This document shows, one piece after another, positions 50,901-58,424 of a DNA stretch of 64,000 nucleotides. The translations under genes and the position numbers were made by a program. Source of the stretch: Chloroflexia bacterium (lineage in GTDB: Bacteria; Chloroflexota; Chloroflexia; QHBQ01; JADMIH01); contig DASVRN010000110.1 of the NCBI GenBank assembly GCA_036388595.1, forward strand, positions 8,953 to 72,952, read 5' to 3'. The notes under the pieces were generated by a model. It was given only the letters and a program-made list of their open reading frames with translations, searched no databases and was not told the origin of the DNA. Each line of letters begins with the position of its first letter. Within the stretch, counting starts at the first letter, position 1.

Positions 50901-53209
50901 CTGTAGTCGTAAAAGTATTTCATGTCGTGGACTGTACTCTCTCCGGGGTTCGGAGGCACGGTACCAAGGCCGTCCTGTACCCTCTTGGCCCGGACCCTCC
51001 TGTACTGGTCGCCGGCATCTCCCCCGGCGGCATCATAGTAGAAGCCGACCGCGCCCCCGTAGCCGTTGTAAGCCCACCATAGATGACCGTGGTCCTCATG
51101 AGGGAAGGGCGTCACGGTCGCGCTGGGCGTGGGGCTTGGGGTGGGTTCACCCACCGGGTTCCCCGGCTGTACGTAGCGGAAGGTGGTCTTCGGAAGCTTC
51201 GTAACCCCGTCGCTACCTATGGGCACGATCCCGGCAAGTGTCAGGTGCGGGTACTGCACGTTGGGGCTGGCAGTACTGGTGAGCACTATGCTGTAATCTT
51301 GCTCGAACTGGTAGGCCCGCAACAGCGAGTAGGCACCGCCCGCGGTAGGGAGGCGCTTGATCTGCACACCGTCTACGCGCCGGGTCTGGTAGATACCTTC
51401 GTCCATTTCGGTGCGTCTCACATCGCTGATCGGCACGCTGTTGGTAATGATCGTCCGGTCAACGATAGAGAACGTAGCTTGAAGCTTATCGCCGTTGGCC
51501 CCCCAGGTTATCTGGTAAGGATATACGGCCTGAGTCCTGTTGTTCGGTATAGGTGTGGCCTGAAGCGTCTGTGTGCGGTCCTCATATTTGTAGGTGTAGT
51601 TGATGGCATTGCCGTGCACGTCGGTGGCTGTGGTCAACATCCAGCGGTATGTCGTGAAGGGATTAGGAGTGCCGTCGCAGGTGCTGTGTGAAGGATCGGG
51701 TGCCCAATTGTAGCGATCCTCGATGAGGGCATTGCTCTTGAACTCGTAGCGGGTGCCACTCTTGTCCCAGGCCTCCCACCAGTCAGTGGTGCGTACCGTG
51801 CCAGAGGCTGAGTTGACGCCAGCGTGGTACTGGATTCTGACGAATTGTTCCTTTTCGGTATGCCAGTAGCCATCGGTGCCCTCTATCAGATCGCCGGTGG
51901 TGCCGTCTAGGACGATGGAGGCTATCCAGGGATGATAGCCGGGATCATCCACGTTGTCCGCGCAACCCAGTCGGTCGGGGTAGTGGCGTTGGATAGCCGC
52001 AATATAGTTGGTTGACAAGGTCCAACCCCAACCAACGCTGGAAGGCCCCTGCTGGCTGATATCCACCCGGTCTATGCTACCCGAGTTGTAGCTCAACATC
52101 ACGCGCGGTCCAAAACCGCCGGGTCCAGGGGGCAACTCAATAGGGAACCCCACGTTTGCCGTGCCGCTCTGTAGGTTCGTCTCGTAGTTCTTTATCGTGG
52201 GCAGGTAGTTGCTGATGATGTCGAAGCTGTCGGTTACAGCGGCCAACCCTACCAGGCTGGTCGTTGCAATGAGCTGATTAGTATCCGAATCCCAGGTGCT
52301 GGGAATCTCCTCCCAGGATTGCTTCTTTTCGTTGTACATGTAAGCCCGCAGTGGGAAGCCTGTGACGCCCGAGAGAGCCAGCACCTGTGGGTCCACCTTC
52401 CACACCAGGACGGCCGGTTTGTTGAGTTGATCTACGTGCGCGCCTTTCTTCGTGTCCGCGCTTCCTTGGGCATGGGTAGCCACTATCTCGTAGGCATAAG
52501 CTAAACGACGACCCCCCGCAGCCGTCTTTTTAGCATTCTTTTGGCTCACATCTTTTCTTGTTCGTACCTCAACTTCGCTATCGTCTGCAAGCGCACCCGC
52601 ACGTAGCCCAACCGCAAAGGACCTATCGGAACTGACTACTTTACCGCCTGTCTTTGCCACGACTCGCGCGGTTGTAGCGTCGGGGGGCGCACCTGACGGT
52701 CCTCCAGGCGTACTGCTAGAACCCGGCGTTGCGCTCGCGGCAGGTAGTGAATTGATCTCGGCTAGGAGGGCTTTGCGCTCCCTATCAATGTTCTGGTCCT
52801 CGTAATTGGTGTCTGGAATGGGGGTGAGGGTAGGCGCAGCTGTTGGTAGTTGCTTGGTGGCCGTGTAGATGGGGCTGCCATCCGGGAGAGTAGGCTGTCG
52901 TTTGGCTTGATTGGCCTGTGCCAACGAACCTTCCAGAGACGAAACCTGCCCGGGTTGGCTCGGCTGGAGTGAGCCCCGCGCTATCGCAGTCTGGCTCCAG
53001 GTGTTGGTGAAGGGGGTGAGCACCAACGACACGACGGAGATGAGACTGAGCAGCCAGTAGTTACGCTTCCTGCGATGTCGCATCACCTGACGGAACAAGG
53101 TGAAGGGAGCGTGCCTGCGTGAGACCGCCCTTGAGGAGTGGGTGCGGGTCGCTGAGGTGATAGCCGCTGGCTGGCGATTGGAGGGGTACATTTCTAAGCT
53201 CCTTGTCAT
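44912..53209 (-). CDS. giant RHS/YD-repeat polymorphic toxin (SpvB/TcB-like N-region, YD-repeat shell, RHS core, alpha/beta-hydrolase-like C-terminal toxin domain)
   Basis: 2765 aa. N-terminal signal/TM helix. SpvB-like motif (IELPPGPGGFGPRVMLSYNSGS...GWGWTL). Dozens of YD repeats. RHS core end (ARYYDPELAHFVSADP...NRYLYAHGNPLRFIDQLG). The C-terminal tip of ~240 aa carries GHSEGG. Confidence 0.9.
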   Translation of the reverse strand: MTRSLEMYPSNRQPAAITSATRTHSSRAVSRRHAPFTLFRQVMRHRRKRNYWLLSLISVVSLVLTPFTNTWSQTAIARGSLQPSQPGQVSSLEGSLAQANQAKRQPTLPDGSPIYTATKQLPTAAPTLTPIPDTNYEDQNIDRERKALLAEINSLPAASATPGSSSTPGGPSGAPPDATTARVVAKTGGKVVSSDRSFAVGLRAGALADDSEVEVRTRKDVSQKNAKKTAAGGRRLAYAYEIVATHAQGSADTKKGAHVDQLNKPAVLVWKVDPQVLALSGVTGFPLRAYMYNEKKQSWEEIPSTWDSDTNQLIATTSLVGLAAVTDSFDIISNYLPTIKNYETNLQSGTANVGFPIELPPGPGGFGPRVMLSYNSGSIDRVDISQQGPSSVGWGWTLSTNYIAAIQRHYPDRLGCADNVDDPGYHPWIASIVLDGTTGDLIEGTDGYWHTEKEQFVRIQYHAGVNSASGTVRTTDWWEAWDKSGTRYEFKSNALIEDRYNWAPDPSHSTCDGTPNPFTTYRWMLTTATDVHGNAINYTYKYEDRTQTLQATPIPNNRTQAVYPYQITWGANGDKLQATFSIVDRTIITNSVPISDVRRTEMDEGIYQTRRVDGVQIKRLPTAGGAYSLLRAYQFEQDYSIVLTSTASPNVQYPHLTLAGIVPIGSDGVTKLPKTTFRYVQPGNPVGEPTPSPTPSATVTPFPHEDHGHLWWAYNGYGGAVGFYYDAAGGDAGDQYRRVRAKRVQDGLGTVPPNPGESTVHDMKYFYDYRGGNTNTSDLSADADLANTQPLYEPGHQFRGFAWVREQDPMGQVEDHYFTQDDTFKGPEWRVQAGKELTFTDIITGTPSSNTAWSTSAGVFAATDPYNPANGAWKIEPSGPNPTPFAKRALGVEDGTDVSARFMVRTAGGNPTVTPAPAGWISATWRLENTNGDYWGLQVYHRDIPSNEPPEAFAKVVWKRNGTIGERDLFYGQALRPRLDSPIFADNWYRLQLHTSADGRFALELYDDQVAHHKNYIQIKSGDPASTGGVNGLIPSFDARKNWTFVTRITSYDTANNNYSILLDDYTETRTVYGQSDSVYESKIPSSQTTTADKSEWRVGYANNADGMLIRFVPVTEKWTSEYVKSWPNQVAKRTRTTYTYDAYGNPKTINEYGNVDPNLDAFNNPGPADERSTVFEVYPNTTSWIVNKVGQTRTYSGTYGAPGAVWIAEVQNGYDGQTDYTLPPTKGDLTLVKQVGILNNVRNGQIASQQFGYDTYGNKTFTKDPNNNQTSVEYDTYYRSFPLTTTLPNGRTEITRYNFSTGYNISGVPLDVPTSRTDMNGTVTESRYDVFGRPLKTWIPTNNLGSQSVPNEEYTYSDVNPSTGFKAPFFVSYKRQLDGTTSSWETRWYDGIGRVFESLTPKDNGSAVLVSTTYTKTGQVESVTNPYTVTLAGPTASVTPDPNQPKTTKFYDGAGRNTMVVNPDGTNVVYDYMSNNIDRDYSCVELYDETVGLNQKELRCNDLLGRAVLVNQWDEDPTTTYYVYDMLDHLTKVKRLSAVGDVTMTYDGLGRKNQMVDSDSGTWQYDYDAAGNVTARRDAIYLANPTSPENGKHQVFMEYDSMNRIKAKYYGSAHYSNSPTVVRVPDVLYRYDNDLGDAATKYSWGRLRHVEVTVQGQGARQANGHGYEYDVRGLVVADVVTTSYGTRDYRVGYTFDTGGRITSTTYPDPETTHEQTTFLYNAQGMGLPRSIATNNTVTTAKPVYDATYNARGQLETLVQGTQFGSGDMLTTAYTYDDASTKRGWLTKTKVTTAAGATTHLELNVAYKLDGNISQISQVSGGTSANPTFTNNFTYDGLERMRSFTTNNTAVFTSEQVSFDQWPRMTSRTIGGVQYNYTYDATHVDRITAFKGNTYAYDDVGNQTSAVRGGSTQNRTYDPQNRVTRIVEGNTTTEFVYDGEGKRLVQSIITSTLAIPASKTALFVVDNPASLNTADTAIRSHLQGLGYTVTVADDDLVASSDATGKTLVFISATSLSGSINTKLRNVAVPVIVCEPYMLDDMGMTDTPSTQMGAYAHWGVRIADPSHPLAGGLTGDVTVTNNTVGGVVWGIPNANAIKAATLWDNSTLSPIFAYAAGVQMYGLTAPAKRVGFYMYNDMGAYHNENGWRLFDAAVNWAAAPVTKSALFVVDAPNSMNASDTIIRNRLRDIDYNVTVVDDDLLTSADATGKSVVFVSATSMSTAIGTKLRNVTVPVINCEPYLMDDMGMTDTPTTQMGAYGHLAVRIADPAHPVADGFTGDVTVSTNTTGGVVWGIPNANALKVATLTDNATLSPIFAYTTGAQMYGLTAPAKRVGFYLYNDAAIYQTAEGRRLFDAAVNWAAASVDVKRTLYVGNLYEEQLTGPDQSATAHPYTNFYFLGSKMVGMRRVNYPADNGQQRMVGDHLGSTTLLVDTSPTPAVLYRAYYKPYGEVAWQTGTSRTSVGFTGQRLDAGTKLMYFGARYYDPELAHFVSADPTTQNPSNAMDYNRYLYAHGNPLRFIDQLGFGPEDYYIFVQGCTSSTACDRDDPSDWGEYGEQLKKMYDEEGWGVIGTFGGQTITMPFEVWAKTHVKYVGAKTLAGGAEGIRKTIEGITDHGPGVDIHLLGHSEGGAAVAKYLLEAADGKGADSRVKSAVLIDAPLVTYQPGWVVLGGFGRKINELGSAASTLGVNVLTVDTANDWVSHPPIHGIPEVSDPRYPKGHGLAMPDHENHDRVEFPPSDAQSAWHDHTSRFMAEQTRDFLSEVWK

Positions 53210-54427
53210 AAGGTTGTGTGCCGGGACAATCGGACGTAGGCTAGATGAACTTATGTGAGATCTGGTTGACTAGCTTATAGAAAGACGAAGAACTGATGCA
53301 GACACCCGGTCATTTTGGGTGCACGAAAGCGTGCCGAGCCCGGAGCGCTGGCGGCATGACAAACCTATCGGCCACTAATGTGCGGGTGGGCTACCCAGAA
53401 TGCATGGGCAGGCCCTACCGCAAGCACGTGGCCGCTGCGACGAGTATAAGATACGAGTCTGGGACGTAGCTTATTGCTCGCGCTATGTTGTTGTTTTATA
53501 CGAGGAAAAAGATGCTAGAAGGCGATGTGGCTTCGCGCTCTCTATACGAAGCCAGCCGTGGAGCACACCAACTTCTTTGATTTAGGTGTGAGTAAAAGCA
53601 AAGGTACTACAGGCATGTGGGCTGCTGATGTGCAACGCGCCCCTCTCACCCACCAAAGGTGGGAGGCACTTAGATGTTGGGTCTGGGGTTGTATATAGTA
53701 AGGCTCCTTCCTCAACTGGCAGACACTAATCTGAGTGTGCAAATAAGCATCGCCACTCTTGCAGAATTGTGCAACAACAACAATACCATGTCTGCTAAAG
53801 CAAGGTGGCCGATGAGAAGGGATGAGAAGGGGGCCCATGTCTTAGCAATAGCCCCAATAGTCTATCCGAGGACCACGTTCGAGTCAATAGATTTTGGATG
53901 GAGTTTTTAGTTATTGTTTATTAGCAGGCTTATGCTCAAATCCCAGTAGTATTCTCCGCGATCAGGTAAACAGCGTGTGAACGCATATAGAACACCTGTC
54001 CATAGAGGAAATTGCCTCAAGACCAGGTGCTCGTCTTTATTGGGTTGTAACCGCTTACGATAGGGTACGGCTGCTACCAGAGTGGAACAGAACAGCAAAC
54101 GTAGGCTGTGACAACGACGATAAATCCCCTGACTATAGAGGTCAAGAGGCTTAACTGCCGTGGTACACATGTAATGTCGCTGCACACGCTACATGGCGAT
54201 ACAAAGCCCGTGGGCAATCAACGCGAGGTGACGGTTTGCAGCTTTGGCGAGCTTAGTTTACGAAGGCGAAGCTTACAAACAAGCTAATTGACTACGTAGT
54301 TTAGCGTAACTATCGTCTTAAGATCGTCTTAAGTTTGTAGCGATGGAAATACAGAGCGACTCCAGTTGCCACCTGCGATCTTAAGTATCCGGGCCTTACT
54401 CAGCTCATATCATCTTCTACATCGGCC

Positions 54428-54550
54428 AGTTGCAACTTTCATGTATTAGGCTCCCTAACATAGGCTAGTTGCAACCTATACGTCTGCCTTAGTTGCACCG
54501 GGTATCGGACAATAGTTGCAAACTTTACGCTCTCACTTGCAAACTTTACG
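54428..54550. promoter_or_regulatory. array of five (C/T)AGTTGCA motifs including the perfect palindrome AGTTGCAACT, upstream of the RHS island
   Basis: Copies at 54428, 54467, 54490, 54513 and 54536. Confidence 0.4.
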
Positions 54551-54594
54551 GCATACGACATCTCCTATTGTTTATTGTATGTCGTCTGAAGCCC

Positions 54595-55533
54595 CTACTT
54601 AAGCAGCGGACTCTTGCCTCCCCAGTGCTTGGAGAAGTGGTCGTAGAAGAGGAAGTTCTGGGCGTAGCCTGCATACTTGCCGAAGCGGTCGCGGAAGGCC
54701 CCGACCACGGCGTTGTAGGCGGAGGTGGTAATCGTCTTGCGGTCGGTCCAGTCGGGGAAGTAGAGGTCCTTGGCAAGCTGCCACACGTGGGTGTCTACGG
54801 GCACCGCCTCGGGCTTGTCCAGCGAGAAGAGGCACACGCAGTCGGCTATTTTGGCCCCGATGCCGTTCAGGGCCACCAGTTCGCGGTGGGCCTGTTCGTA
54901 AGGCATTCCTCGTAGGTAGTCGGCCCAGCCCGGCCCCCTCTCTACTATTTGCCTGGCGACCTTAACGATGTTGGTTGCTCTGAAGCCCAGCGAGGATATA
55001 CGCGTCAGGTGGTCCACATCGCAGCGGGCCAGGGTCTCGGCGTTGGGGAAGGAGTAGTAGCGGGCGCCGTCGAGTTCCGCGACCAGGTCTCCATACTCTC
55101 GACTGAACACGCCGATGGAGTAGGCGATACGTGGTACGCTGTTGGCGGTTGAGCAGACGAACGAGAGGATGCACTCCTCCGGCTCTTGCCGCGCCACCCT
55201 CAGGCCCGACCAACGCCGCGCTGCCTCCCCGGCAGCCGGGTCCGCCACCTCGATGAGCCGCACGATTTCTCCCATGTCCACGTCGAGTTGGAAGTAGTCG
55301 CGGATGAGCGTATCGTCGGGAGCCTGCGGGTAGGTCCACCATGTGAAGCGGTCTCCATCCTGCCGTATGCCTACCACGGTGGCACGTACCACGCCCGTCC
55401 ACCAGCCGTCCGGGTTGCGCTTCCACCGGAAGGCCTGACCGGAAGCCAATGTGTCGTCAAGAGAGAACTGTAGCGGGTCGTACGTGAACGAATTAAGTTG
55501 CAGTTGGGGAGGGGCGGGTGTGGTCATGAGCAA
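54595..55533 (-). CDS. ogg: 8-oxoguanine DNA glycosylase/AP lyase (OGG1-type, HhH-GPD family)
   Basis: HhH-GPD motif (LNGIGAKIADCVCLF...VPVDTHV). N-terminal OGG_N-like domain. Confidence 0.8.
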   Translation of the reverse strand: MLMTTPAPPQLQLNSFTYDPLQFSLDDTLASGQAFRWKRNPDGWWTGVVRATVVGIRQDGDRFTWWTYPQAPDDTLIRDYFQLDVDMGEIVRLIEVADPAAGEAARRWSGLRVARQEPEECILSFVCSTANSVPRIAYSIGVFSREYGDLVAELDGARYYSFPNAETLARCDVDHLTRISSLGFRATNIVKVARQIVERGPGWADYLRGMPYEQAHRELVALNGIGAKIADCVCLFSLDKPEAVPVDTHVWQLAKDLYFPDWTDRKTITTSAYNAVVGAFRDRFGKYAGYAQNFLFYDHFSKHWGGKSPLLK

Positions 55534-55580
55534 TTATAGTCCAGTATGATGGCGAGAGGGCAATAGGAGCAGCGTTTAAG

Positions 55581-55750
55581 GACGAAACCGCAAAGGCGCA
55601 AAGAGCGCAAAGGTACGCAGAGATTAGGTCGGTGTTCTAACAAGAGGACCGGAGTACGACATCATGTACTCTGGTCCTCTTACTACTCTCCAAACCTTAT
55701 TCTTAACCTTGGCGCGTCCTCTGCGTCTCCGCGTCCTGGCGTTTCAACTC
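55581..55750. repeat. STRR-like heptamer hairpin array (CGCAAAG)n / (CTTTGCG-like)n with a central 16-bp stem-loop
   Basis: Between the tdk 3' end and the ogg 5' end. Confidence 0.75.
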
Positions 55751-55751
55751 C

Positions 55752-56492
55752 TTACGCGCTGGCTAGGTCAGACGGCTTGCCGCCGGAGACGACCCGCAGG
55801 TGCGACGGCGGCTCTTCGTTGTTATTGGCAACGTCCCCCACCGGCGCTTCAACGACGCCCTGGTCCGGGCGGGGTACCTCGTGGCAATGTCGGCAGCGCG
55901 CTTCGTAGTTCTCTTTGGCCCCGACCATGATGATGGGGTCGTCGTAGTTGGCCGGTTGCCCGTCGATGAGGCGTTGGGTGCGGCTGGCGGGCGCTCCACA
56001 GGAGACGCAAATCGCCTGTAGCTTGTCCACCATCTCGGCCTCGGCCATGAGCAGGGGCATGGGGCCAAAGGGTTCGCCCCTGAAATCGAGGTCAAGCCCC
56101 GCGGCGATTACCCTCACGCCGTTGTGGGTCAGCCGCTTGCACAGGTCAACCACACCCTCGTCAAAGAACTGCGCTTCGTCGATGGCGACCACAGTGGTGT
56201 CAGGCTCCACAAGGCCCTCTAGCTCGGCGGAACCACCCACAGGCACCGCCGTGTGTAGCGCCCCGTTGTGCGAGGCGACCTGCACCGCTGAATAGCGCGT
56301 GTCGATGCGGGGCTTGAAGACCTGCACCTTTTGCCGGGCAATCTGCGCCCTCTTGACGCGGCGGATCAACTCCTCCGTTTTGCCGGAGAACATACTGCCG
56401 CAGACCACTTCCAGCCAGCCGCCCGCGTAGTGCTTTGGGTGTGGGCCGAGCGGCCCCTGGTCCTGCATGTAGCGTTGCACGTAATCTCCCAT
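55752..56492 (-). CDS. tdk: thymidine kinase
   Basis: P-loop [12 protein letters not shown], Zn-ribbon cysteines (CVSCG...CRHC). AAGGTGG-N5-ATG at 56492. Confidence 0.85.
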   Translation of the reverse strand: MGDYVQRYMQDQGPLGPHPKHYAGGWLEVVCGSMFSGKTEELIRRVKRAQIARQKVQVFKPRIDTRYSAVQVASHNGALHTAVPVGGSAELEGLVEPDTTVVAIDEAQFFDEGVVDLCKRLTHNGVRVIAAGLDLDFRGEPFGPMPLLMAEAEMVDKLQAICVSCGAPASRTQRLIDGQPANYDDPIIMVGAKENYEARCRHCHEVPRPDQGVVEAPVGDVANNNEEPPSHLRVVSGGKPSDLASA

Positions 56493-56605
56493 TTTGCCAC
56501 CTTTCGCCGGGGATAGCTGCAATCATACGGTGGAAAAGGTGGCAGGCTCTTCTTTTGCGCATCGATGCAAGGTATTGTTTTGCACAAACTGAGCCAGGTC
56601 AGGAA

Positions 56606-56712
56606 GGACGATAGACGAGTGGTTAGTGGTTAGTGGTTAGATAGTATCCAACAATCCTAACCTTGGCGCGTCCTTTGCGTTCTTTGCGTCTTTGCGGTTT
56701 CGTCTCCTACCA
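56606..56712. repeat. STRR-like heptamer hairpin array (GGTTAGT)3 ... (CTTTGCG)n
   Basis: Tandem 7-mers. It includes the CCAACAATCC core. Confidence 0.75.
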
Positions 56713-56776
56713 TGGCCCGTTAAAGCAAAAGAGACCGGACTTAATCTCCGGTCTCTTCTTCGCTAACCCAATCGAG

Positions 56777-57112
56777 TTAGGCTTCGGTCCCGACCTCTTC
56801 GGTCTCGGTAGCCTCAGCCTGGGCGGCGGGGCGGCGCTCCTGGGGAGGAGGCGGCACGTTGGCCCTGTTGCCGGACCCGCGGCGGGCGACCCGGACCTCA
56901 TTGCTGGTCACGGTGCGGTTGCCCATGCGACGCATGAAGCGCTCTACCTGGCCTGCGGTGTCCACGATGCGCTGCTCGCCGGTGTAGAATGGGTGACAAT
57001 TGCTGCAAAGGTCCGTCTTGAGGACTTCCTTGGTAGACATCGTCTGCCAGGTGTTGCCGCAAGCGCAGTGAACCGTTGCAAGTACGTACTTGGGGTGGAT
57101 TCCTGCCTTCAT
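56777..57112 (-). CDS. rpmE: 50S ribosomal protein L31
   Basis: MKAGIHPKY...CACGNT...CSNCHPFYTG with a Glu/Ala-rich C-terminal extension. Confidence 0.9.
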   Translation of the reverse strand: MKAGIHPKYVLATVHCACGNTWQTMSTKEVLKTDLCSNCHPFYTGEQRIVDTAGQVERFMRRMGNRTVTSNEVRVARRGSGNRANVPPPPQERRPAAQAEATETEEVGTEA

Positions 57113-57135
57113 TGTTGTTTTACCTCACTTGTTTA

Positions 57136-57222
57136 ATTACGAATTACCAATTATCCGTTACGAACCACTAATTACCACTTCCGAAATACCTACGTAATTC
57201 GTAATTCGTAATTAGTAATTCG
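57136..57222. repeat. STRR-like heptamer hairpin array (AATTACG)n / (CGTAATT)n
   Basis: An inverted heptamer array between rpmE and rpmA. Confidence 0.8.
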
Positions 57223-57223
57223 G

Positions 57224-57496
57224 CTACGCAGTAGCCGTAGCGCGCTCGGCGTACACGCTGACCCGCTTCCTGTCCTTGGTGGCGTTCTCGAACTTGACGT
57301 AGCCATCCACGAGCGAGAAGAGGGTGTGGTCGCGGCCGAGGCCCACGTTGTTGCCGGGGTGGATCTTGGTGCCGCGCTGGCGCACGATGATGCTGCCGGA
57401 GCGGACGGCCTGTCCATCGCCGCACTTCACGCCGAGCATCTTCGGATTGCTATCGCGGCCGTTGCGGGACGAACCTACACCTTTTTTATGAGCCAT
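57224..57496 (-). CDS. rpmA: 50S ribosomal protein L27
   Basis: [19 protein letters not shown]... Highly conserved. Confidence 0.95.
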   Translation of the reverse strand: MAHKKGVGSSRNGRDSNPKMLGVKCGDGQAVRSGSIIVRQRGTKIHPGNNVGLGRDHTLFSLVDGYVKFENATKDRKRVSVYAERATATA

Positions 57497-57517
57497 TGCT
57501 TTCTCCCTTCGGGGAGA

Positions 57518-57587
57518 GTGGTTAGTGGTTAGTGGTTAGTGGTTAGCAAAGAGCTTCTAAACACTAACCACTAACCACTAACCACTC
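57518..57587. repeat. STRR-like heptamer hairpin (GGTTAGT)4 / (ACTAACC)3 between rplU and rpmA
   Basis: It is followed on the transcribed strand by a CUCCC-CGAA-GGGAG hairpin that includes the rpmA SD sequence. Confidence 0.85.
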
Positions 57588-57590
57588 CAT

Positions 57591-57905
57591 CTACAGAGCG
57601 ATTTCCTTGATCGAGAGCCTGGTGAGGCCCTGGCGGTGACCCGTCTTGCGGCGGATGCGCTTCTTCGGCTTGTACTTGAAGACAACGAGCTTGGGGCCTT
57701 TGGCCTGCCCGATGACGGTGGCGATCACGCGAGCGCCCGCGACTGTGGGTGTGCCTACTTGCACGCCATTGTCGCCCCCGCCCACCATGAGCACCTCGCC
57801 CAGCTCTACCTGGCTGCCTTTCTGGGCATCAAGCAGTTCTACCTCTATCGTATCACCGGGGGCAACCCTGAATTGGTGGCCTCCGGCCTTTATGATTGCG
57901 TACAC
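57591..57905 (-). CDS. rplU: 50S ribosomal protein L21
   Basis: MYAIIKAGGHQFRV...KKRIRRKTGHRQ. Confidence 0.95.
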   Translation of the reverse strand: MYAIIKAGGHQFRVAPGDTIEVELLDAQKGSQVELGEVLMVGGGDNGVQVGTPTVAGARVIATVIGQAKGPKLVVFKYKPKKRIRRKTGHRQGLTRLSIKEIAL

Positions 57906-57942
57906 CTAATTTCCTCCGCTACTATTTGGGTCACAGCCTCTA

Positions 57943-57971
57943 ATTATATCCGCGTTTGCGCGTGCTGTCAA
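57943..57971 (-). promoter_or_regulatory. consensus sigma-70-type promoter for rplU-rpmA (TTGACA-N17-TATAAT)
   Basis: On the minus strand: TTGACA, a 17-nt spacer, then TATAAT, about 30 nt upstream of the rplU ATG. Confidence 0.55.
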
Positions 57972-58037
57972 GCGTAAGATGAGTGCTTTTATGTTCAGAA
58001 AAGAGCCTTGCAGGTATATTGCTGTTGCCCGGGCATT

Positions 58038-58424
58038 TTAGCCCTCTCTGCCTACAACAGAATGGCTAGCGAGCCAACCCCGCCCTCTTAGCAGGAGCGC
58101 GCCACACAATAGCGCCACCAGTGCTGACATGGCGAGATACGCCCTGTGGACCCCGTACCCATCCGCGAGCAGGCCCAGCGCAGGCTCCGTCACCGTCAGA
58201 AAGATAGTCGCGAACAGGGACTGTATGGAGAGGACTGTGGCCCTCGCATCATCCGGTACGCGGCCCTGGATGACGGCAAGCAGCACAGGCTGGGTAAGCG
58301 CGAACAGAAAGGCGGCCATTGCGGCCATGATGAGGATTGGTATGACCCGAGTCGTGACTTCTCTGACGTTTGTAACTGCTCTACCGCTGGCGTCCTTCAA
58401 GGAACCTGATCCAGTGATCCACAT
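58038..58424 (-). CDS. C-terminal MFS-transporter-like fragment (probable gene remnant)
   Basis: Only about 3 TM helices. It overlaps the end of the upstream gene by 44 bp. Confidence 0.3.
   Translation of the reverse strand: MWITGSGSLKDASGRAVTNVREVTTRVIPILIMAAMAAFLFALTQPVLLAVIQGRVPDDARATVLSIQSLFATIFLTVTEPALGLLADGYGVHRAYLAMSALVALLCGALLLRGRGWLASHSVVGREG

Noticed and set aside
53542-54185. ORFs 53542..53838, 53674..53910 and 53907..54185 in the AT-rich region upstream of the RHS gene
   Set aside because: They are mutually overlapping, have no RBS or motifs, and their low-complexity translations come from AT-rich DNA. The region is treated as non-coding or regulatory.
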